From the IMG/VR virus record IMGVR_UViG_3300024978_000010, positions 2,221 to 66,220 of that record: a stretch of DNA of 64,000 nucleotides. The stretch is one strand, 5' to 3'. Of the stretch, positions 48,325-56,871 are shown one piece after another. The DNA comes from a virus. Below the pieces are notes generated by a model. It was not told the origin of the DNA, made no database searches, and worked only from the letters and a program-made list of their open reading frames with translations. Position 1 is the stretch's first letter. Each line of letters opens with the position of its first letter. Position numbers and translations under genes: made by a program.

Positions 48325-50173
48325 TGCCCGACCTCCTGGTGTACATGCTGTAATCCCTGGGCGGTTCGCGGCCCGGCCCACGACCGCCGACGGCGGCGTA
48401 GAACGCCCCGCCTTCGACTTGCTCCATATCATCCCACTGCGCCATGACCCACGCATCAGCCTTGTCGGGTGAGCGGCCGATCGCCTCGCGGATGCGCTTC
48501 TTGGGGCTGATCAGGATGGCGCCGTTGCGGTTCTCGTAAGAGTGAGCGCGCAACTCCTCCTTCAGCTCCGTGTCCGGCGGCATGACGATATCGCCACGCT
48601 TCAGCGCCTCGGCGGCGCGCCAATAGGCGGCGGCGCGCTTGTTGTAGAACGCCGGTTCGCCATTCTCCTCGTCGTTCCACGCCTTCTCGGACGCCTTGAA
48701 GCGCTCCACGCGGCAGCCGAAGTCGGTGTCGAGGCGCGTAGCCACACCAGAGCCGACGCCGATGGCGTCAACGATGTACAGCGGCTCCTTGCGGCCGTAC
48801 ATGTACACCCGACCGGCGATCTCGTAATCGAGGCCGCGCCGCAAGTCGCGGATGCGGTCGTAGACCTTCAGATCGTTGTGCAGCCACATGGGAGCCACCA
48901 TCGGGCTGTCGCCGCCCTCCTCGGCTGGGTCGACGCCGACCGTGTGATACGACTTGCCCTCCAAGAACTTGATGACGCCGGTGCGCGACAACTCAAGCCA
49001 GCGCCCGAACGCTCGGTCGATGTAGGCCGTGGGGAACAGGCCGCCTGACTTCTCAAGAGGGAAGTGCCCCATAACGGTCGGCAGGAAGCGGCCGTCGGGG
49101 CGGAACACGTGGATAGGCGCGTCGGCGTGGCCGAGCACGCGGTACTCCTGGCCGTCGACGACGATCCTCTGGTCGGCCGGCATCGGGTCAGGGATGCTAT
49201 CGCGCCGCTGGTCGTCACCAAGCCAGGGGTGCAGGCGGTACAGGAAGTCGAAGAAGCGCGGGTCCGGCACGTTCGTGTCGGGATCGAACTCCCCCCTGTC
49301 GAAGCACCAGTCCTTCACGCGTTCATCGACGCGCTTATGCGACACCGCGCCGCCAGGGATGACTTCGCGGCGCTGGATGACGTTCGGGTGCGTGAACGCC
49401 CCTATGCGGATGGTCGTGTACGTCGCGCCCTCGGCCATCTCCACGAACGGGCCGGAGAACTCTGTGGGGTTGCCGGCCACCACGATCTTATTGTGGTCGC
49501 CTGACGCCATGCCCTCGGCGGCGCGGTAACGCGCCTCGTCGACGCCAGGCCCCTCGTCGATAGTTATCAGGAGGTTCTTGTGGTGGCGACCGGCCGCGCC
49601 GTGTTGCTGGCCTTCCCCGACGCGCCTGGGGGGTGACAGCTTCTCGACGAACCAGTCCTCAGACCTGACGCGCCACAGCACGCTCTTGTCCGAGTACCAG
49701 CCGGGCATGGGGTAACCGTTGCGCTTGGCGCGTTCCATGTGTTCGAGGGCGCGCGCCCAGATGGTGCTGTCGACGGTGCTGGCGTCGGGGGCGGTCATGA
49801 TCCAGATAGCGCCCTCCTCGCGGCCCTCGGTATCGAGTTGCGCCGCAACAGCGTCCATGAACCACACGCCAACGGCGGCAAGCAAATGGGTTTTCCCGAG
49901 GGAGTTACCCGCTTTCGCTAATACACGGTTACCTTGCACTATCTTATCTAAGAAGGTGCTCTGGTCTTCAGTAAGAGTAGCAATACCAAGAATATCAGCC
50001 ATGTACCCCCAGGGGTCGTTGGCGTAGACGCGGCGTCGAGCGCCATCACGACCCGAGGTATTCGTCTTGCTGCTGTCGTTCCGCAACAAGCCTTGGGATG
50101 CTAGTTTCGAGAGCTGGTGTGGACTCCCAACCCCGAGCGATATCTCTAAGGATCGCGTCGACTTCTTCGCCAT
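48317..50173 (-). CDS. terL: Terminase large subunit
   Basis: Y.NDP, KAGNSLGKT (Walker A), TAP, ITIDEG (Walker B), GNP, GVDPA..GGD, VDAIGVG.GV, RSPDKADA. Confidence 0.95.
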   Translation of the reverse strand: MAKKSTRSLEISLGVGSPHQLSKLASQGLLRNDSSKTNTSGRDGARRRVYANDPWGYMADILGIATLTEDQSTFLDKIVQGNRVLAKAGNSLGKTHLLAAVGVWFMDAVAAQLDTEGREEGAIWIMTAPDASTVDSTIWARALEHMERAKRNGYPMPGWYSDKSVLWRVRSEDWFVEKLSPPRRVGEGQQHGAAGRHHKNLLITIDEGPGVDEARYRAAEGMASGDHNKIVVAGNPTEFSGPFVEMAEGATYTTIRIGAFTHPNVIQRREVIPGGAVSHKRVDERVKDWCFDRGEFDPDTNVPDPRFFDFLYRLHPWLGDDQRRDSIPDPMPADQRIVVDGQEYRVLGHADAPIHVFRPDGRFLPTVMGHFPLEKSGGLFPTAYIDRAFGRWLELSRTGVIKFLEGKSYHTVGVDPAEEGGDSPMVAPMWLHNDLKVYDRIRDLRRGLDYEIAGRVYMYGRKEPLYIVDAIGVGSGVATRLDTDFGCRVERFKASEKAWNDEENGEPAFYNKRAAAYWRAAEALKRGDIVMPPDTELKEELRAHSYENRNGAILISPKKRIREAIGRSPDKADAWVMAQWDDMEQVEGGAFYAAVGGRGPGREPPRDYSMYTRRSGNA

Positions 50174-51017
50174 CGTTCACCCCCAACCTACGAAGGTGCT
50201 TGGCTAGCGTCTTGCGCGTCTGTTCGCCATACGCCTCGATCAACATGCGCACGGCGAACACCGACAAGAACGCCTCCTGTTCGTGCTTGATGATGGTCGT
50301 CGCCAGCGAGCTGATGGTCTTCAGCACCGTCACGGCGTTCGTGATGTCCGTTATCTTGACGGGCTTCTCGACCACCAAGTTATCCACGCGGCCGTTGCCG
50401 CCCTCAAGGAAGTCGCGGCGCGCCAACTCGACGCCAGCCTCAAGCGCAGCCTGAAGCTCGCTGGCGCTAGGAGAAGTGATGCCCTGCTGCACCAACCCCT
50501 CGAAGGCGTAACGGATCGCCTCGAAGTGGTACAGCGGCGCGTCATGCAGCCCGCGACGGCGCGGATCGAAGCTGGCGTGCCACGCCAGCAGCGCCGCCGT
50601 CACCGACTCGTGACGCTCCACGAAGTCCTCGAACAACGCCCTAGCCGCCGCCAGCTCCGCACGCAAGTCCAGGGGGTTCGGATCCATCAGGAACTTAGCC
50701 AGCTTCTCGCCGATGGAATCGTTCAGGAGCTCAGAGTAGCGGTTCTCCACGTTCGGGTTGCTACCGCCGTGATGTCTGCAACGGCCATGGCCCACGTGAT
50801 TGGTGCCAGCCCCAGCCCGTGCGTAGCAATACTTCCACTTACCGGCCAGGTCGGGGCCTTGCATGTCGCCCCAGCGCCCGATGGCGCGGCAGTAGTAGTC
50901 GGATTCGAGTTTCGGAGGGCGCTGCTCGTAGCAGTTATCCACCGGACTGGGCGCGTCGTAACGTTCATGCGTGTCGTAGACGCGGGTGTCCAGAAGCTCT
51001 GGGATGGTTCGCCTCAT
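50046..51017 (-). CDS. terS: Probable terminase small subunit (start uncertain; frame open to 51245)
   Basis: C...AGAGT.H.G.GRCRHHGG motif, DLRAELA..RA helix; lies immediately upstream of terL. Confidence 0.7.
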   Translation of the reverse strand: MRRTIPELLDTRVYDTHERYDAPSPVDNCYEQRPPKLESDYYCRAIGRWGDMQGPDLAGKWKYCYARAGAGTNHVGHGRCRHHGGSNPNVENRYSELLNDSIGEKLAKFLMDPNPLDLRAELAAARALFEDFVERHESVTAALLAWHASFDPRRRGLHDAPLYHFEAIRYAFEGLVQQGITSPSASELQAALEAGVELARRDFLEGGNGRVDNLVVEKPVKITDITNAVTVLKTISSLATTIIKHEQEAFLSVFAVRMLIEAYGEQTRKTLAKHLRRLGVNDGEEVDAILRDIARGWESTPALETSIPRLVAERQQQDEYLGS

Positions 51018-51155
51018 GGCCGCATGAAAGCGCACTTGGCGATAGGCGGGGCGGAAAGTCTCATGCCCCACAATAGCGCGGCGCAAGCGCTTGCGTGCCT
51101 CGCGCCCCTCTGCTAGACTTCTCTCGTCGCCCCTCGCCCGCGACGATCCCCAATC

Positions 51156-51209
51156 TAAGACCGCGCCTTTACCCCCCTTTCGGCGCGGTCTTACTATTGT
51201 TGATATACT
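51156..51209. promoter_or_regulatory. 12-bp perfect inverted repeat plus extended -10 element of a leaderless-type promoter
   Basis: TAAGACCGCGCC-14 nt-GGCGCGGTCTTA; TGaTATACT lies 6 nt before ATG 51216 with no SD. Confidence 0.6.
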
Positions 51210-51215
51210 AGGCGC

Positions 51216-52166
51216 ATGATCCTGATCGGGGAAGCGCAGCAACACCTACCAGACCTACCGACCGGCAGCGTACAGACCATAATCACCAGCCCCCCGTACT
51301 TCGGGCTGCGCGATTACGGCGTCGAAGGGCAGATCGGCTTGGGGCAAACACCTGCCGAGTACATCGCCGAGCTCACCGCCGTGTTCCGCGAAGCCCGGCG
51401 CGTGCTGGCAGACGACGGCACCCTGTGGCTGAACATGGGCGACAGCTACGGCGCACCAGGCGGCGACATCTACACCGGCTTCAACGAGCGCTACCACGGC
51501 ACGCACTACCAGGGCCAGAAGCAAGCCGCCGTGGTGCCCCACACCCCCAGGAAAGCGGCGTTCAAGAACCCCAGCCCCAAGAGCCTCATGGGGATGCCGT
51601 GGCGGGTCGCCTTCGCGCTGCAAGACGACGGCTGGATACTCAGGCAAGACATCATCTGGCACAAGCCCAACCCCATGCCAGAGAGCGTCAGGGATCGCTG
51701 CACCAAGGCGCACGAGTACATCTTCCTGTTCGCCAAGCAGCCGCGCTACTACTACGACCATGAAGCGGTGAAAGAGCCGGCCGTCAGCTCACCAACGGGG
51801 CGGGCGGCGTCGTTCAAGCGCGAGAACAGCAAGCGAGCGCAGGCGATACCCGGCCAGAGCGCCGGCACGCACCGGCCCGACCGTGAAGACGTGGCCTATA
51901 ACGGCGCACTACGCAACCGGCGCAGCGTCTGGGCGGTCGGAACTAGGGGTTACCCAGGGGCGCACTTCGCGGTGTTCCCAGAAGCCCTGATCGAGCCGTG
52001 CGTGCTAGCCGGCAGCCGCGTCGGCGACACCGTGCTCGACCCCTTCATGGGCAGCGGAACCACTGGCATCGTCGCCCAGAGGCACGACAGGCGCTTCATC
52101 GGCATCGAGCTGAACGCGGAGTACGCAGAACTCGCCAAGCGAAGGATGAACGCGCCATCCAACTGA
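51216..52166 (+). CDS. N4-cytosine/N6-adenine DNA methyltransferase (beta class)
   Basis: [38 protein letters not shown]. Confidence 0.95.
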   Translation: MILIGEAQQHLPDLPTGSVQTIITSPPYFGLRDYGVEGQIGLGQTPAEYIAELTAVFREARRVLADDGTLWLNMGDSYGAPGGDIYTGFNERYHGTHYQGQKQAAVVPHTPRKAAFKNPSPKSLMGMPWRVAFALQDDGWILRQDIIWHKPNPMPESVRDRCTKAHEYIFLFAKQPRYYYDHEAVKEPAVSSPTGRAASFKRENSKRAQAIPGQSAGTHRPDREDVAYNGALRNRRSVWAVGTRGYPGAHFAVFPEALIEPCVLAGSRVGDTVLDPFMGSGTTGIVAQRHDRRFIGIELNAEYAELAKRRMNAPSN

Positions 52167-52597
52167 CCCCCATCACCCTCAAGGCCGCCAAGGCGTTCGT
52201 CGACGAGCACCACCGCCACCACATCGCGCCGGTGGGCTGGAAGTTCGGGGTCGCGTTAGAGGCCGACGGGCGCATTGTGGGCGTCGCTATGGCCGGCAGG
52301 CCAGTCGCCAGGGGCTTGGACGATGGCCGAACCCTCGAAGTCACGCGCCTCTGCCTCGACCAGGCCCCCAAGAACGCGGCTTCGACGCTGTACGGGGCCA
52401 TCAGGCGGGCAGGGAAGGCCCTCGGCTACACCAAGCTGGTCACTTACACGCTAGCAGAGGAGTCGGGGCACAGCGTGATGGCGTCCGGGTTCGTGCGGCA
52501 GTACGTCGTGCGGGGGCGCAGCTGGACGACGCCGACTAGGCCGCGAGAAGACAAGCACCCGACCGTAGATAAGGTCATGTGGGCCACGGATCTGTAG
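52163..52597 (+). CDS. XF1762-family GNAT/Mom-like protein (non-canonical start)
   Basis: [54 protein letters not shown]. Confidence 0.75.
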   Translation: MTPITLKAAKAFVDEHHRHHIAPVGWKFGVALEADGRIVGVAMAGRPVARGLDDGRTLEVTRLCLDQAPKNAASTLYGAIRRAGKALGYTKLVTYTLAEESGHSVMASGFVRQYVVRGRSWTTPTRPREDKHPTVDKVMWATDL

Positions 52598-52670
52598 CGT
52601 CCAGGGCGTTCTCGTCGCGATGGTACAGCCACGAAAGTTGACCGCGGGCCGAAGACAGTCCGATCGAATA

Positions 52671-52760
52671 ACAGGATCTAGCGTAAGGATACGTAAGGTA
52701 GCGAAAGGATACGTGATCTAACGCAAGGTAGCGAAAGGCAGCTCAATCCAGCGTGATGCC
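52671..52760. repeat. Degenerate 10-bp-period tandem array (consensus about RCGNAAGGWW)
   Basis: gcgtaaggat/acgtaaggta/gcgaaaggat/acgtgatcta/acgcaaggta/gcgaaaggca... Confidence 0.8.
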
Positions 52761-53048
52761 TGTGGGGGTCACCTTCCTGAGCCTGACTTGAAGTTTACGC
52801 ACCCCCCTCTATCCCCCCAAGCAGTTTTTCAGCATGAGGGTGCGTTGGCGTTGGCATCCACCGTCTTCACCTGACGTACCAACAACCAACGACTGTGGGG
52901 GGTGCGTGGTTCCTTCCCTCGCGAGACCGTCGTCCACGCGCCTTAGGCTTCAAACCCCGCCGCAGCGAAGTCCTCCCGATTGGTCCCCAAGGCTTACACC
53001 CTCGACCCGGCCACCTATCGGGATGGAACTGGTGGCCCTCGAAGCTAC

Positions 53049-53077
53049 TTGCTTATCGTTGGAAGGTGTGCTATATT
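53049..53077 (+). promoter_or_regulatory. Sigma70-type promoter
   Basis: TTGCTT-17 nt-TATATT with extended TG. Confidence 0.7.
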
Positions 53078-53082
53078 CCTCG

Positions 53083-53300
53083 CAGCCCACCAACGGCTTG
53101 TGAGCGGCCCCTTCTAACGGAGGGGCTGTTCGCTTCTGTGGACAAGGTACACCCTGACAGCCAAGAAAGCAACTGGGAAACCTGCGGTACTTCGCGTGAG
53201 GGAAGTGGGGAATCGACTGCTGGCGTTCCCCACTACGGTGGGGGGATCCGGCGAAGGGAGAAGAAAGGTACGACCACCCTTTGAAAGGTGAAGAGGGGGG
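53083..53300 (+). ncRNA. Candidate structured non-coding RNA
   Basis: Follows the promoter with no credible ORF or RBS; hairpins at 53102-53131, 53189-53206, 53227-53244 (UACG loop) and 53276-53290. Confidence 0.35.
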
Positions 53301-53414
53301 AGGGGGTTTGGCGAAGGGGGGGGTTGTCTGGTACGAGCATGGCGCGGCTGGGATTCGGATGGCCTCGTCGCCCGAAGCTAGGGCCGGGGTCATTCTGGGC
53401 CGCGTCGCGCTGTG

Positions 53415-53462
53415 GGCCGCTGACTCACGGCTCGGGCTAGCAGGCCGCTGACTCACGGCTCG
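53415..53462. repeat. 20-bp direct repeat GGCCGCTGACTCACGGCTCG x2
   Basis: Copies at 53415-53434 and 53443-53462; partial copy at 55106-55116. Confidence 0.85.
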
Positions 53463-53512
53463 TCGGTAGGCCGCGCTCGCGCTAGCAGGTGGCGGATCGA
53501 TACTTGCGCCAG

Positions 53513-53542
53513 AATGTCTGATAATACCACTTATCAGGCATT
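53513..53542. other. dif-like palindromic site
   Basis: AATGTCTGATAA-TACCAC-TTATCAGGCATT: arms match at 11/12 positions around a 6-bp spacer, with an ATAA-N6-TTAT core. Confidence 0.6.
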
Positions 53543-53599
53543 AGTGGTCTAGCGTCGATCAGGGCTGACGAGCGTGCGTTGCCGTGTGTGTGCGGCATC

Positions 53600-53630
53600 T
53601 TGCATCTTGTCGCTGGGATTCTGCTATACT
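53600..53630 (+). promoter_or_regulatory. Early promoter (extended -10)
   Basis: TGcTATACT; TTGCAT 19 nt upstream. Confidence 0.55.
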
Positions 53631-53670
53631 AGCGCTAGCCTCCAGACTGGGGGCGGTTGGGAGTGGTGTC

Positions 53671-53895
53671 ATGGATAGCAGGCAAGAGGCTAGGGAGTTG
53701 CACCTGACTGTCGCCGTCGAGTGTGGCGACGGCTGGCGCAATCTAGGCCCTATCAGTTGGTCGGAGTTCGCGGCCGACAACGCCGTTGGATACGACGCGG
53801 CGGACTTAGCGGCGATATTCGCTGACCTGGCTGCGTACGGCATCGTTTACTTAGGTGGCGGCGCTGGCGTCGCTTACCGGCTGGTGGCGCTGTGA
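53671..53895 (+). CDS. Early hypothetical protein
   Basis: RBS GGGAG; ATG; GTGA coupling downstream. Confidence 0.65.
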   Translation: MDSRQEARELHLTVAVECGDGWRNLGPISWSEFAADNAVGYDAADLAAIFADLAAYGIVYLGGGAGVAYRLVAL

Positions 53896-54020
53896 ATACC
53901 GCGCTGGTCGGAGTTCTCGTGCTGTTCGGCGTGCTGTGTCTGATTGGTACGGCGCTGGCCGTGATAGCAGAAGTAGGCGATGCGCTGATCGCGCGTCGAG
54001 AAGGGGCAGACCATGAGTGA
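53892..54020 (+). CDS. 42-aa membrane peptide (MNTALVGVLVLFGVLCLIG...)
   Basis: GTGA overlap; hydrophobic helix; below the ORF-track cutoff. Confidence 0.55.
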   Translation: MNTALVGVLVLFGVLCLIGTALAVIAEVGDALIARREGADHE

Positions 54021-54528
54021 ATACAAGGCTTGGACCTATAGGCGCGTGGCTGTTGATCGGATCGAGCATAGCGGCATGTATTCGGCCTACGTGTTCGGGC
54101 GCGGGCAGCTGCTAGCTGATTCGGCTGCCGGCATGCGCGAGCTGATACGCGGGGCAACTTATGCACCTGGCACGATTGCTGAAGCGTTCGCTGACGGCCG
54201 CATTATGCGACTGGCTGACGCTAAGGCGCTTGGCCGTGCGCATGGCCGCGCTATTGCTGAGTCGGTGCTGATCGAGCTTGGTATCACGTGTGAGGCTGAC
54301 GTGCTGGCATTAGAGGATGGCGTCTATACCGTTTACGACGCGATTAATGAGTCTGAGGATGGATTCCGTAGCTACTCGCCGTTTGAGTTCTATGCGGCGG
54401 CGCTGAATCGCCGCGATGATTACCTAGGCGATGGTGAGTCTGAGCGCGGCTGGGCCGTGTACGACGAGGCGTTCTTGCGCGGTTGTCAGGCGGCTTACCG
54501 CGCTGCTGGTTTGGGTGGTGTGTTGTGA
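54013..54528 (+). CDS. Early hypothetical protein
   Basis: RBS GAAGGGG; RSYSPFEFYAAALN motif. Confidence 0.75.
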   Translation: MSEYKAWTYRRVAVDRIEHSGMYSAYVFGRGQLLADSAAGMRELIRGATYAPGTIAEAFADGRIMRLADAKALGRAHGRAIAESVLIELGITCEADVLALEDGVYTVYDAINESEDGFRSYSPFEFYAAALNRRDDYLGDGESERGWAVYDEAFLRGCQAAYRAAGLGGVL

Positions 54529-55058
54529 CATCTGACGCGATTATCAGGGACGGCGCGCGCGTGAGGATCACTCCTCACGGTGCGACTGTCAGGGTTAGCG
54601 CGCGCGGCACGTCGGACTGGGCGCGTGGCAACTGGGGCACGGGCCGCTGGCCGGCGTCCACCTTGGCCGGTCGCTCCGTGAAGGTCGAGCTCGACGCGTC
54701 CGGTAACCTGATCGATCTGAGCGGTGCACCGCTCGATACGTCGGCGGCCGAGTTGGACGCGCTGCTAGCGGCGGTGATTGGCGATCCGCATGCTTCGCCG
54801 GCTATAGCGGCGGTGGCAGTAACCGGCATGATCACTAATGGCAACATCTGGGGGCATCCACACGAGGCGCGCGCGATCTGTGAGGACGGCTGGGTCCGGA
54901 CTGTGCGGCTGGGCCTCGACGCGGATACGTGGTTCTCTTGGCCGGCGCGCGGTCGCGCTACTGCCGGCGGGGGAGTCGTGCGGGGGTTCGTGGTCGAAGC
55001 TGATCAGTTCTATGACGTAGAAGGCGGGCTCCGATTCGAGCGGTATACGGGCGAGTGA
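54525..55058 (+). CDS. Early hypothetical protein
   Basis: GTGA overlap; WPASTL.G...VELD.SGNLIDL and ADTWFSWPA motifs. Confidence 0.7.
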   Translation: MTSDAIIRDGARVRITPHGATVRVSARGTSDWARGNWGTGRWPASTLAGRSVKVELDASGNLIDLSGAPLDTSAAELDALLAAVIGDPHASPAIAAVAVTGMITNGNIWGHPHEARAICEDGWVRTVRLGLDADTWFSWPARGRATAGGGVVRGFVVEADQFYDVEGGLRFERYTGE

Positions 55059-55065
55059 CCGATAG

Positions 55066-55099
55066 GCGCGGCCGGGGACAACCCTGGCCGCGCCCGTTT
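55066..55099 (+). terminator. Intrinsic terminator-like hairpin
   Basis: GGCGCGGCCGGGG-ACAA-CCCTGGCCGCGCC followed by CGTTT, just after a stop codon. Confidence 0.6.
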
Positions 55100-55125
55100 G
55101 TGCCTGGCCGCTGACTGCTGATCAG

Positions 55126-55681
55126 GCTCGCACGCCGGGGGTACGCTCACCGCTCGCTCGATCTGCTCGCACGCCGGGGGTACGCTCACCGCTCGCTCGA
55201 TCTGCTCACAATCTGCTCGTTCGCTCGATCTGCTCCGGGGGTTCGCTCACTCCGGGGCAGGTTCTTTGCTCACTCACGCCAGGGGTACGCTCGCTGCTCG
55301 CTCGCACGTGTATATAGGCCGCTCGCTCGCATATTCGGCGTTTGCTCGCTGGTGACGGCGTTTCTCGCGTTTCGAGGCTAGCTCTATGCAGACCTTTATA
55401 CATTCTGGGGGTCTAAACGCGGGGTTCTGGGAGACTCGACTGCATGTTTATGCGTGTATGCAGTCCTTTATGCACCGAGCGGGGGGTGGCGGGTGCCTTG
55501 GGATGTGGCGCCGCTCACCGTTCTTTACCTTCACCTGCCGTTCGCTAAACTTCACCTGCCGTTCGCTAAACGCTCGTTCCCGTTCGCTAGATCCTGTTCC
55601 TCACGCTGAACGCTCGCTCCCACCCGCTCGATCCCGCCGCCGCTCGCTCAATCTCGCTACCTCACGCTGAACGCTCGCTCA
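55126..55681. repeat. Non-coding direct-repeat region (ori- or terminus-like)
   Basis: 39-bp tandem unit x2 (55126-55207), 21-bp unit x2 (55529-55571), CCTCACGCTGAACGCTCGCTC x2, dense CGCTC, central AT-richer patch. Confidence 0.85.
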
Positions 55682-55781
55682 ACCCGTGGAGGATAGGCTC
55701 ACTCATACCTTGCCTGCCATCCCTCTCTAACTGCCTCTGAGGCGTCGGATCCGGGCACGCCGGGCACCGTCCGAACCTGCC

Positions 55782-55810
55782 TTGACGCAGTTACCAACAG
55801 TTGCTATACT
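55782..55810 (+). promoter_or_regulatory. Strong sigma70-type early promoter
   Basis: TTGACG-17 nt-TATACT with extended TG; followed by hairpin GCTCCGGT/ACCGGAGC and RBS GAAAGGGG. Confidence 0.85.
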
Positions 55811-55850
55811 ACTGGTAGCTCCGGTGACCGGAGCCTGAAAGGGGCATGAC

Positions 55851-56807
55851 ATGACTGTTCGGACTGATACAGACTTACTCGACTCGCACGGGAACACGCT
55901 CGCCACCGTGTACGACGACGACGGCACGCAGTTAGAGGTGCTCTCGCTGCCGTACACCGACGACGCGGCCGACTGGGACGCGCTCGCCGATCTAGAGCTC
56001 GCTAACGTGGGCTATCGCCGCGTGTCCGGCTGGACCCGTCCGACCGTGGCACACGTGATCGAGGCAACGGTGGTGCCTAGCTGGGCGGTCCGGTTCGGTG
56101 TAGCTGACTGGCCGGTCTGCAATGCTGACCCTGATTGGCGCGCCCACGTTACGCTCGACCCTCAAGCTCGCTCTGCCTGGCTCGCCACGCGGCACGTTGG
56201 CGACAATGCGACCACACTTGCCGATTGGCATGGCCGCGCTTACTCGCTGCCGATCCCAAGCGCTGCCACGCCTAATGAGGTGCTAGCTGAGTTGTGGGAG
56301 CACGCGGCGGATCTGGATACGCTCGCGGGGGAACACACCGTCGACTGGGACGGTAATAACCTCGTCGGCAAGCTCTCGCCGGCAGGCATCAACGCGCTCG
56401 ATCGTCTAGAGGTCGCGCTCGCCGGTATCGAGCCGCGTTATATCGTATGGCCGGCCGCCGAGTGGTTTGTGGATCCGCCCGCCGGCGTGCGCGGTGGCCT
56501 TACCGATAGCGAGATCGAGGACCTAGCACAAGAACTCGAGGCTGACGCGGAGCGCGAGAACGTCATAATCCACGGGCTCCGACGCTACCTGACCGTCATG
56601 TCTGGCAGTATGAGCGTGGACGGCCTAATGCTCGATACCTGGCTCACCGTGACGCCTAACGGCGTAGACCGCTCGCCTTACACCGTCACCGTGGGCGATG
56701 TGCTCGACGATCAGGTTGGAACGCCGGCAGAACTGCTGCTGCTGACGACGCTCGAAGAGCTCGGGGTCCTGCTCGATGCTCGCGTAACCCGTTTGTTGCA
56801 TCGGTAA
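55851..56807 (+). CDS. Early acidic hypothetical protein
   Basis: Has promoter and RBS; WHGR, DWDGNNLVG.L motifs. Confidence 0.8.
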   Translation: MTVRTDTDLLDSHGNTLATVYDDDGTQLEVLSLPYTDDAADWDALADLELANVGYRRVSGWTRPTVAHVIEATVVPSWAVRFGVADWPVCNADPDWRAHVTLDPQARSAWLATRHVGDNATTLADWHGRAYSLPIPSAATPNEVLAELWEHAADLDTLAGEHTVDWDGNNLVGKLSPAGINALDRLEVALAGIEPRYIVWPAAEWFVDPPAGVRGGLTDSEIEDLAQELEADAERENVIIHGLRRYLTVMSGSMSVDGLMLDTWLTVTPNGVDRSPYTVTVGDVLDDQVGTPAELLLLTTLEELGVLLDARVTRLLHR

Positions 56808-56825
56808 CGGTTTCTTAGGTATACT
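56796..56825 (+). promoter_or_regulatory. Early promoter
   Basis: TTGCAT-18 nt-TATACT. Confidence 0.55.
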
Positions 56826-56871
56826 ACCCGTGCGCTCGCTCCAACGGGCGCACGGTCGAAAGGGGAGCAAG

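Noticed and set aside
49090..49320. Possible intein in TerL (extra segment between ATPase and nuclease domains)
   Set aside because: No Cys/Ser start or His-Asn end and no LAGLIDADG motifs; treated as a simple insertion.
52834..53456. ORFs 52834-53103, 52895-53284 and 52950-53456
   Set aside because: No RBS, atypical codon use, and they overlap a promoter and hairpins.
55126..55700. Possible CRISPR array
   Set aside because: Repeats are tandem or irregular with no unique equal-length spacers, and no cas genes are present.
52600..55850. tRNA genes in the intergenic regions
   Set aside because: No cloverleaf with T-loop GTTCRA and acceptor stem was found.
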